From positions 620,001 through 684,000 of the forward strand of contig LSRY02000015.1 in the NCBI GenBank assembly GCA_001643675.2: a stretch of DNA of 64,000 nt. The letters are read 5' to 3'. Under the pieces are notes generated by a model. That model saw only the letters and a program-made list of their open reading frames with translations. It searched no databases and was not told the DNA's origin. Source of the DNA: Monocercomonoides exilis PA203. Its lineage: Eukaryota; Protista; Preaxostyla. The position numbers and the translations under genes are program-made. Below are positions 53,801-64,000 of the stretch, piece by piece (the first letter of the stretch is position 1; each line of letters begins with the position of its first letter).

Positions 53801-56800
53801 GTTCCTTCTGATGGGCATGTTCAACGGCATCCGCCCGCTGATGGATAGATGCAAGCAAGTGATGGCAGCGAACATGGGGGCAGCGAATGAGAGAGGAAAA
53901 AAAATGATTTTGGTGGTGGTGCTGGTGAATGCGGTAGCGACTGTGACGTGTGGGGTGCTGTTGGTGGTGATATTCTATTTCCTGTCGTCTTCGTTGAATA
54001 AAAAGCGCTTTGTGGCGCTGCAGCGGCTGGTGGAAGTGCCGAAGGGGAAGATTCAGAGTGTGATTCGGCAGCTGCTGCAGCTGGAGGAGAGCGAAGAGGA
54101 GGAAGGAGAAGAAGGAGAAGGAGAAGGAGTTGGAGAAGGAGAGGAAGAGGAGTTTAATGTGAGGAACGAAGGGGTGGATACGATGGCGATGCTGGATGGG
54201 ATGCTGCAGGAGGAGAATGCGGTGGGCAGCAGGGCAGGGCTGGAGGTGGAGGTGGAGGTGGAGACAGGAATTGCAAGTGAAATCAGCAGATATGAGGAAA
54301 TATCGGTGGTGGAGGAGGAAGGAGAAGAGGAGGAAGGAGAAGGAGAGGGAGAAAACGGAGAAGGAGAAGGAAGAGAAGGAGAAGGAGAAATTGAGATTGA
54401 GATTGAAACAGAAGCAGAAACGGAAGAAACAGAAGAAGAATCGATTGAAGCGTCAGAAGCAACAGAAGAAGAAGAAGGGAAAAAAGGGAAGAAGAAGGCG
54501 AAGAAGAAGAAAGAGAAGAAGATGGAACAAGAGAATGAAGGAGAGAAAGAAAACAAGAAGGACAAAAATGAAAGTGAAAATGGAGAGGAAGAAGAAGAGG
54601 AAGAAGAAGTGACATATGTGAAAGCATTGACAATTGGACAAGAAGATAATCACATCAATTTCAACAGCAAAAGAGGATGGGAAAGTGAAAGAGAAGGAGA
54701 AGGAGAAAGAGAAAGAGAAGAAGGAGGAGAAAAAGATATGAAAGAAGAAGCCAAAGAAAAAGGCAAAAGAAGCAACAGAAGCAGAGGCAGTGATAATTCT
54801 GAGAGTTGGAAGGATAACAATCAGTCATCTTCATTGAGCACGGGCAATAACAGCCCATCTGATGCATTTGAATCAAACACACAGCAACATTATGAAGAAG
54901 AAGAAGGTAATGATAATGTTGACAATGTTGATAATGTTGATGATTCATCTGCATTTGCTAAGGTAAATCAGCAGAAGAGCGAAAATTCTTCTTCAAAGCC
55001 GAAGAAAGTGAAGAAGAAGAAGAAAAAACTTAAACAAAGCCAAGCACTTAATAAGCAATCTTCTTTGTCTGATAACAGCCCATTTGCAACAAATGAAACG
55101 GTAGCATTAACATCAACATCATCAACAGCTTCTTCTTCTTCTTCTTCAGCTTCTGTTGATAAAGTACAAACATCACAAAATTCACTTGATTCTCGTCAAG
55201 CAGAAGAAGCAAACTTTTCATTCGATTCGAACAAAGCATTGGGGAATGAAAGCTCAATGAAGTTGTTGGAGGAATCAGGAACAAAGAGAAGTTTAAATGA
55301 AAAGGAAGAAGAAGAAGCAGAAGCAGAAGAAGAAGCAGAAAGAAATAACTTGCAAAAACAAGGGAGCAATGCTTTATTGTTACCTTCATCATCATCATCT
55401 TCTTCATCTTCATCTTCATCTTCATCTTCATCTTCATCTTCATCTTCATCTTCATCTTCATCTTCATCTTCATCCAGCACATTTGTCCTCCTGTCTCATC
55501 CTTCCTCTCGCTTCACTCTTCAAACAAGCGACCCTTCTTCTGCTTCCCTCTCTTCTCCATTTCACACACTAAACTCTTCTTCCTCTTCAGAATCATTATC
55601 ATTTTCTTCTCCCCCTTCTTTGTCTTCTTCTGTTTCACAATCACTTCTCAATTCATCTTCCACCGAAAAGCCAACAAACAACGAAGCGAAAGATAACATC
55701 ACCTCAAAAAATGATGTCGGATCTGAAGAATCAAAACAAGAAAATACCAAAGAAATACACACTTCATCTTCATCTTCACCTTCACTTTCTATTTCATCAT
55801 CATCTTCTTCTTCCACATCACCCAAACCTCTTTCTTCTCCCCCTTCCATTCACCAGCCCCAAGCTCTCCTCCCATCCATTCACCCACCTCCTTTCCCTTC
55901 TGAGCCTTCTTCTCAACCGCCCTCTGCTTCACACTCACCTTCTTCCTTCAGACAAGAAGGAGAAATTCTTCCCAGTCGTTCTTCTTCTTCTTCCTCCTCC
56001 CCTTCTTCTTCTTCTTCTTCAAATAATAATAATCAGCAGCTTCAACAACAACAACAACAAAATCTGCTGTCTTCTCCTTCTTCTCCTTCTTCTCCAAACT
56101 CTGCCAAATCTGCCCTATCATCCACGTCCACATCCACATCGTCCACATCATCTTCTTCTTCATCTCTTTCATCAGCCAATGCTCCTCCTCTTCTTTCATT
56201 GCTCTCTTCCACTTCTCCTTCCTCTCCATCTTCTTCCTCCTCTTCTTCCTCTCTCTCATCCACTCTTCCTCTTTCTGAGCAATCTGCTCCATTCCCCCAG
56301 CGCCAGCCATTTCGCGTTGCCCCTCTCCTCCAGAAAATAGCGTCATCACCTTCATTCTCCTTCCTCCTCCCTTCTCAACTGTCTCTTTCAGCACAACCAT
56401 CTGCTCTTTCCTCTTCCTCTTCCTCCACCTCTGCCCTTCCCTCGCTCTCTGCTTCTCCTTCTTCATCATCTCCTTCTTCGTCTCTTCCTGCTCTTCCTGC
56501 TCCCTCTTCTTCCACTGTGCTTTCTCTGCCCTCTTCGCTCTCAGCCTCTCTCCAGCTGCACTCGCAGCTGCAGCAGATCCAGCAGTCGCAGCAGATCCAG
56601 CAACTGCAGCTGCAAATACAACAGCTGCAGCAGATGACACAGAAGCTGGTGGCAGTCACAACTGCAACGCTTTCATCAGCATCATCATCATCTGCCCCTT
56701 CTTCTTCTTCTTCTTCTTCTACTGGGATTAATAATAATAATAATAACAGCCCAAACAACAGTAATATCAATGTCAATTGCAATGGTTCATCCTTCAACAG

Positions 56801-58904
56801 CTATGGAAGCAACAACAGCAGCAACTCAAATAACTCTAACAACAGCAATAACAGCAATGGAAGTGGAGGCAGCAGCAGCAACAATTCGAAAAGGTCGCAG
56901 CAGTCGTGGCATCATCAGCATTTTCCTTCCTCTCCGCTTGCGAGCAACTCGCCTCCTGGTGTCAGTTTCAGCAAGATATCACCTTCTCATTCGTTTGATG
57001 CCCAACAACAACAACAACAACAACTTCATATTCAATCGATGAGACAAGCCACGCCGCCGCATGTTGTGCAGTTGCAGAGAGAATATGAGATGGGAGGGAA
57101 TGGAGAGGAGAGAAAGGGGAGCGAGAGAGAAATGGAGGCAGAGGACAAAAGGGTGTTCAGGAGAGATAGCGGGTGTGGGATGGGGGAGGGAGAAGGAGAG
57201 GGAGGGAGCGGCTTCTGCAGCAGCACCCTCTGCGGGTTGCCTTCGCAGCCAGTTCTGATTGAGCCTGCCTCGTCAGCCCCACCTCCGCCAATGAGTCAGA
57301 TGAGTCAGATGAATCCACCAGAAAGTGAACAGCGGCAGGGGTTGTCGTCAGGGTCGGTGCTGTATTTGAGCGGAGGGGGTGTGGAGGAAGACGAGGAAGA
57401 GGCGGTGTTGAAGGGCCATGTACGGAACGCGTACAAGGACGAGAAGTGGGAAGGGAAGTTTGAGTCGGAGATTGAGAAGCTGAGCAGGTTCTATGAGATG
57501 TTCCCGTCGACGCTGACGCGGACGATGTGGGTGCAGATGCTAATCTCGTCGTGTGTGATTGTGGTGATTGGGGTGGGGGTGCTGGCGACGTCGCTGGCTG
57601 TGACGGCGAAGTTCAGGAACCGGACGGGGTCGTTGTTTCTGGCGGGGATGTGCCCGTCCACGCTGTCCACGCTGCACTTTGTGCTGATCCGGCTGGTGCA
57701 CCCGAGGGTGGCGTCTGTTGTGCTGGAGGCTGAGCCGGCGGGGGACAGGCTGGCGAGCACCAGCCCTGTGTGGAGCAAAGGGGGGCACCACTTCACAGCA
57801 GATCGGGTGGAGATGGGGTGGATGCTGCAGACGCTGGCCGACACGCACCGCGGGATGCACTCAGCGTTCCTCTTCGGGCAGACGAGGTCGACTGCCACGG
57901 GAGACAGCACGACAGACTCGACAACGTCGCATCCGCTGGACTCGCGCTTTGCGGGGTCGCTTCTGTACGACAGGGCGGAGTGCTTTGACAGACAGGGCAG
58001 AGACTGCACAAACAGCACGAACAGCCCGAACAGCACGCGGCTGCCGCTGTTTGAGACCGAAAGGCCGCTTGCGGGGCTGTCGTCGCTGGAGGCGCGGTTT
58101 CGGTATGTGGTGGAGCGGGTGGCAGCGCTGGACTATTCGCAAGGGGCGGGGGCTGGGCCGCTTCAGCCGCTGAACATCAGCTCGCCGTCGTTTCTGTTTC
58201 TGCACTCGGCACTTTCGTCGGATCTGGTGGGGGCAGACGTGTATTCGATCGACGAGGTGTCGGGGGCAATAGCGGGGGATGCGGAGTCGGCAGACAGGAT
58301 TGTGACGGGGCTGACGGTTGGAGGGTGCTCGGTGGCGGTGCTGTTTCTTGCGGTTGTGCTGCCGCTGCGGCACTCGATCAAGCAGATCACGACATACACG
58401 GCGCGACTGGACGATCTGCTGCCGACAGAGGAAGAGGAGAGGGAGATTGCGCTGCTGCCGACGATGCGCACGGAGCTGGGGCGGTGGGACAGCGACAGAG
58501 AGAAGATAGCGGATGCGGCGATGGGGGTGGTGGAAGGGGTGAAGGAGGACGAGTCGGGGAGGATGCTTGTGCAGATGATGGAGGCGCTGATCAAGCTGTG
58601 CCACCGGGTGTTTATGGAGGAGGAGAGGGAGATGGAGTTCGAAGGGTATCCGAACATCGAGGCGCACAAGAAGGACCACATCATCATCCGGCAGCGGCTG
58701 ACGATGCTGTACGACCACTTCAGCAGCAGCAGCAGCGCTGTGCGGATGGCGAGCAAGCGATCGCTGACGAGAGTGTTTGACAAGCACTTCACAGTGGATG
58801 ACCCGGGGTTTGCGAAGTGGCACAAGGGAAGGGAGAAGGAGAGGCAGCAGGGCGAGAAGAGCATGCGGGAGCAAGGAAGCAGAATGGGAAAGAAAGATGG
58901 TTGA
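50845..58904 (+). CDS. Giant multi-pass membrane protein, TmcB/TmcC-like N-terminal TM bundle + TPR-like region, further TM pairs and a C-terminal hemerythrin-like domain (intron 50968-51035)
   Basis: About 9 hydrophobic N-terminal segments; helical region ADSIYTRAL..HYEELLRTHPHNTQVLRLYGQLLLEIYRDEDAAEMLFKRADEIEE; two further TM pairs; C-terminal FMEEEREMEFEGYPNIEAHKKDH..HFTVDD. A phase-0 upstream exon starts at ATG 50845. Confidence 0.8.
55386..55478 (+). repeat. (TCATCT)n coding microsatellite giving a ~30-Ser run
   Basis: Directly visible within the 50845-58904 CDS. Confidence 0.9.
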
Positions 58905-60287
58905 GCATCAGGAGGACAAGAAAACAAAATTGATAAAATGGAAATAAAAAAAAAAAATGAAACAATTAATTATCTCAACTAAAATCGAAATTTGTTGAAG
59001 AAAGAAAGGGGGAAAAGAATGATTTTGAAAATTGAGGAGAGTTAGCTGATTCCATTTTGGCATATATTTGGATTCGGTTGTTATCCACATTCTCCCTTCC
59101 TCCCTTTTGAAAGATGTTGGAAATCAAAGCAACCATTTTGAGAATATTCTGTGCCTGTTTGTTGTAATTTTATCAATTTTTAATTTTCTATAAAGAAACG
59201 TTGTTTTTTTGTTAATCTTCTTTTCCCCAATTAATCATTGATTTGTTCGATTCTTGATTATTTATCCGATTTTGTCTCTGTTGTTTGTTCATTTCATCCT
59301 GGAAACATGTGTTTGCTGCAGTGCGATTATTTTTATCTGTTTTTCGACCTTCTAAAGAATTGGGTCAAATTATCAACAATAAAAAACAAGCGATTGAGAG
59401 AATTGAACACAGAGTTAATCAATTCAATGATTGTCAGTTTTTATTTTCACAAATATCCAAACAGAGAGCAATGAAGTTGAGTTCACTTCGCTTTTTTGGT
59501 GAACTTGGAAAGTCACGAAAAAAAAAAAACACTGAGTTTTCACCAAAATGAGAGAAAGAAAGAAAAAGGAAAAAGAAAAACATCAATAAAAGTGAATTGT
59601 AATTGAGGTCGAATTTTGTGAAGAAACTTTATTTACCTTTTCTGTGAAACACTTTTTTTTCTAAAAAATATCACAAAATATTGGTTTTCCATTCAAAATG
59701 AATTTTTATTATTTTCATTCACATTTGCAGCTCATGCTTCACAGTTGAAAATTTTGCTAATAAGACTGTTTTGTTGGGTTGATTGATGTGAAATAGTGAA
59801 GACTCATATTTGAAGTACAAACGTTTTGACAAAATGAAGAAATAAAGAAAATTGGGAAAAAATTTTTGACTTCAGGCATTTTCATTTAAAAATTATGCAT
59901 CTTCGATGAACTTTTTGTGATCAAAAAAATAAGAAATTAATGGGTTCATTTTTATTAATATGTGAGTGGTCACAAAACATTTTGTTGTGATACCAACAAA
60001 GTTTGTTTAAGAATGTGATAATCCAAGTTGTCTTTAACTCCGAAAAAGTTCAGTAATCTTATATGAAAAACAATTTTTTTCATGCTTTGTGCATAAAATC
60101 TTGAAAGTCCGTATTTATCCCCAATTGATCAAATGAAAAACATTTTTCTTTCTGTATTAAAAAAATAATTTCTCCCTATATTAATGTATTTGAAGAATTC
60201 TTTCAACGAAGAAATAAGAAAAAAAGAAGAAAATGATTATTGATAGAATTCGTTTTATGTTTAAATCAATGGATTTTTTGAACATTA

Positions 60288-60781
60288 CAGTCTAAACCGG
60301 ATATAATCACATCTGTTTTTGCACAACTTTTTGTGACTATATCCGATTGTGATTATACACGATGATGCTTTACACAGAAAAAAATTGAAAAAATAAAAAA
60401 ATAAAAAATTGAAAAAATAAAAAAACAAAAATATTAAAAAATTAAAAAAAAATTTTTTTATGTCAATTATTTTGTTTTTTGAAATTCTTCACAAAAACAC
60501 ATTTTTCAGTTGCTTGAACAATTTTGATCATAAATACACATTATTTTGACTTATTTGAGCACATTTTTGATAAATCAAAAAATTAAAATTTTTGATCCAA
60601 AAATCGATTTTTCATTGAAAAAATCACCCATAATAATAAAAAATGTGATTATATATTTTCTTCCCTGTGATTATATGTGGTGGAAAATAAGGAAAAATCG
60701 GTCAAAAACATCGATGCATCGAAAAATGTGACTATAAGCGAATGTGATTATATTCGACGTGATTATATAAGGTTTTGACTG
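60288..60781. mobile_element. 494-bp Tc1/mariner-pogo-type MITE with TA target duplication
   Basis: TA|CAGTCTAAACCGGATATAATCAC ... GTGATTATATAAGGTTTTGACTG|TA (23-bp TIRs, 3 mismatches), with internal GTGA(T/C)TATA subterminal repeats. Confidence 0.88.
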
Positions 60782-61995
60782 TATTTGGAATTGAATAGTT
60801 GTGTAATTATTTATTAAAATCATTTTATTTTTCTCATAAATTACTGTGTGAAATTTTGTTTTGAATTTTCAAAAATGAACAGTAAAAAGAAATTTGTCAA
60901 TCTGATGAGGCATTCGCTTTTCTTTAATATCAAACTTTGATTTTAATGATAGTTGTTGGCATTCAACACTTGAATGAAAATTGTTTAACTAATCGTGAAA
61001 ATTCTTTACATATTCAAAACTCCTGGAAATGTTATGATTACTAATATAACCACCAGGCTTTGAATGAGAAATTGAAGGATTCTTCAAACAAAGTGGGCAT
61101 TTCTTTTGAATATTCACTTTTGTGACATTTTCAGAAGAAAATGAAAAATCACATAATTTGAAATAATATCGATTCAATGTTACAACGTTTCAAATGAAAA
61201 GAAATGAATGAGAAGCAATGGACTTCTTAAGCATTCTTTGCTGATTTTGTGAAATAAAATGAATTTTAACAGAAATATGATCAATAGATGAAGCTTTTGT
61301 TTTCTTCTGAAATTGTTTCAAAAGGAACATTTCTATAAGAAAAATTATTTTATGATTCAATGTTTGGTTGTTCGAATCTTATTTAAACACAATCACATTC
61401 TTTTGATGACCATTTTCAGAAACAAGAAAAATTCAAATGATGACATTCCCTAAATAGAAATATCTTGTTTAAAACGAAATAATATCTCTCTCTTTCACAG
61501 GAGTCGAGATACTGAACAGAAATGAGATTCTTTCAGAATTGTTGAAAATGCTTAATATTCATTTGTGATAGTAATATCTATTCAAATATGCTTTTACCAC
61601 ACATCTCACCCAACATTATGTTTAATTAGGAAACAGATTTGTCATGTGACAAATGTGGAAAACGAAGACATATGCGACTTTTCAAAAAGATCAACCGGAT
61701 TGATGAATTGTTTGATTAATTGGTCAAAATACCTGGATGCTTTCGTTTTTCTAATTTTCATTAACAAAAGCCTTTTTTTTCCACAAATTTTTTGATGTTT
61801 CATTCATTCATTCATTCATCCATTCATTCATTCTTTCTTTTTATTTTATTTTATTTTATTTTATTTTTATTGATTTTTTTAAAAATTAGTTCAACGTTTA
61901 TCACAACGTTTTGTTTTTTGATGCCTAGTTCAAAAAATTGAAGATAAGACTTTTGACAACAAAAAAATTCAATAAAACGAATATTTGAAACGAAA

Positions 61996-62032
<37 letters not shown>

Positions 62033-62511
62033 AGAGCAAGAAAAATGACTTTTTCAAAAATATCAACAGGCTTTTCAAAAATGAGATTTCCAAAAATCCA
62101 AAACAAACTGAGGAATGATGTGAAACAACAAAAAACAGATGATAAAAATTTTGAAAGTTGCTGGATTATGAACAAAAAACTTGATATCACAAAAAAAAAT
62201 CTGATTCCTTTAAATAAAACAATTTCACATGAATAATAAACAGAAGAAAATTGACAAACAGAATTCAGGCAAATGCAAATGCAAACAAAAGTGAATGCAC
62301 AGCAGCGGAAGATGCTGCTGATTTCACAAATAAAAACACAAAACAGGGAGCTACAAAAATCTTTCAAAGATTCAGGATTTCAAAAAATCTTCATTTCCTT
62401 TTTTTCTTTTCCTCCTCAGCTCAATTGAGTGCTTTTTGAATTGTTTGACTGATTATCATTTGATGGATTCTTTGTTTGAGCTGACTTCTTTATTGCTCTC
62501 TTTTTTTTCGC

Positions 62512-64000
62512 TCATCTGTCTGTTGCGCTTATCTGGCAGCTTCCATCTTGTTCTGAGTCTTCGATATATATCACTGCATCTGACATCGTGAGCATCACCG
62601 CTCCTTCTGGAAATCGCTGGATGAACTCGCGCTTCAGACCTTGAAGAGACAGCCGCTTTTCTGACTCGGATGACAGGCACGACAGAATCATGGGCAACAG
62701 CACCGACTCTTCTGCCTCCTTCATGCTTGGCCTCTCTCCATTCACTATCTTCTGCCCTGCCACCTCTGCCTCATACTCTCCAAACGGGATTTGAAGGGTC
62801 AGGCACTCCCACAGCATCATCCCAATCGAGAACGACACTGACTCCTTGGTTGCTCCCATCTTCTTGTTCATCTGCAGCTCTGGTGCCTTCCATTTCAGAC
62901 ACTCTTTTTTGAAACTATCTTCATCCTCAAATGCTGATGAGGGAAGGGAGTCATCGTCATCATTGCCACTGGCAGATGTCACAACAGTTGATGATGAGAT
63001 GGATGATGAATCTGAATCATCATCTGACAATAAGTCTGAATGCATCACAATGCAGATCACCATGTGTTCTGAGAAGAGAACAATGTGAGGACTCAAGTTG
63101 GAAAGAGATTGAAGAGGATTTTCCATTTCATCAAATGAATGGAGAGCGAGATTTGCCACCCAAAACAGGATCTGGGCAGCTGTCTGTTCTCTTTCCTTCA
63201 ATGTGCCAATCGCCATCTCTTTTGTCTTATTCAGCCCATGCAAAAGCATGAACAGCGAATCCCTCAAATCCACTATCAGCTTCTCATGAGGAGATGAACA
63301 GGCCATTGCATCCACCAGATTCGACATAGATGAGGTGGTTGGGCATAGACTCTCTGATCGAACAAATGTCGAATCTGAATCAGTTGAACATGTCGAAGAA
63401 ATTGATGGTGATGGAGTCTGTTTTCTTATTTCCTCTTCCTCGACTTTTTCCAATGCCCAATCAGGAATCTTGTCTGAATCTTTTCCCAAGATGTATTCAG
63501 TGGAACCACTCTCACTCAACAAATGCTCTGATGACTCAGAATGTTCCATGTTCGTATCATATATTCTCTTCTTCATCCTCTCATCATTCTTCTTCTCTGC
63601 CTCCCTCTCTGCTCTCCTCCACTGTGCCTCAGGTGACATCTCCATCGTCACCATCTCAATCAGCTTCGGATCCTTTTTCACTGTGTCATTCACAATCTCT
63701 TCCAATTCTTCTGTTCTTCTTTTTTGCTTCCTCCATCGAACAGCCAATATTATTGAAACAATCAGAATGATTAGAAGAACAAATGCCATGATAATAACAA
63801 TCAACAACAAATACGATTTCCCTTCTTTTCCTCCTTCAACAAGCTTTCCTTCTCCATTCACCTTTGCTTCGCTTGCATTCTTCAGAATGAATGAATTTGT
63901 TGAGGTAGGAGATTCTGCATTTCCAAATAAAACTAACACACTCACCTCAATATCACTTCCACAACTGCTGATAAGATCTTTTCCCACACTTCCCTCAACT
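62512..64000 (-). CDS. 3' part of a close paralogue of the 17637-25274 receptor-like pseudokinase (continues beyond the window)
   Basis: Near-identical cytoplasmic region with the same C-terminus (...QDGSCQISATDR). The 3' flank 62030-62511 is also homologous to 25275-25756. Confidence 0.9.
   Translation of the reverse strand, partial: VEGSVGKDLISSCGSDIEVSVLVLFGNAESPTSTNSFILKNASEAKVNGEGKLVEGGKEGKSYLLLIVIIMAFVLLIILIVSIILAVRWRKQKRRTEELEEIVNDTVKKDPKLIEMVTMEMSPEAQWRRAEREAEKKNDERMKKRIYDTNMEHSESSEHLLSESGSTEYILGKDSDKIPDWALEKVEEEEIRKQTPSPSISSTCSTDSDSTFVRSESLCPTTSSMSNLVDAMACSSPHEKLIVDLRDSLFMLLHGLNKTKEMAIGTLKEREQTAAQILFWVANLALHSFDEMENPLQSLSNLSPHIVLFSEHMVICIVMHSDLLSDDDSDSSSISSSTVVTSASGNDDDDSLPSSAFEDEDSFKKECLKWKAPELQMNKKMGATKESVSFSIGMMLWECLTLQIPFGEYEAEVAGQKIVNGERPSMKEAEESVLLPMILSCLSSESEKRLSLQGLKREFIQRFPEGAVMLTMSDAVIYIEDSEQDGSCQISATDR

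Noticed and set aside
57491-58927. Long antisense and alternative-frame ORFs (181, 254 and 337 aa)
   Set aside because: Shadows of a GC-rich coding strand with few stop codons; no motifs.
59238-61795. Short ORFs, including one with CPLC (60989-61177)
   Set aside because: Possibly decayed TE debris, but no convincing family motif could be assembled.

Overview
Eukaryotic, AT-rich protist genomic DNA with short GT-AG introns and the standard genetic code. The gene families and Ser/Glu-rich low-complexity style suggest an oxymonad metamonad such as Monocercomonoides (inference). From left to right: (1) the 3' ~4.6 kb of a DIRS-type tyrosine-recombinase retrotransposon (gag, RT, RNase H, Dam-like methyltransferase, YR, ICR/ITR end), apparently damaged; (2) two decayed Merlin/ISXO2-type DDE transposases; (3) a giant WDR62/MAPKBP1-like WD40 gene; (4) two inverted paralogues of an intronless beta-helix receptor with a degenerate C-lobe-only kinase, plus a kinase-less relative; (5) POLE2/DPB2, which the ORF track fragments, carrying a complete 5S rRNA gene inside one intron; (6) NAF1, a PPPDE peptidase and a Lag1/TLC ceramide synthase; (7) a ~2670 aa multi-pass TmcB-like membrane protein ending in a degenerate hemerythrin domain; (8) several foldback/MITE structures, including an apparently perfect 425-bp inverted duplication. 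The best candidates for new biology are the hemerythrin-tipped membrane receptor, the intronic 5S rRNA gene, the DIRS element's end structure and non-canonical recombinase, and the half-kinase receptor family. All domain calls come from motifs recognised by eye; no searches were run.
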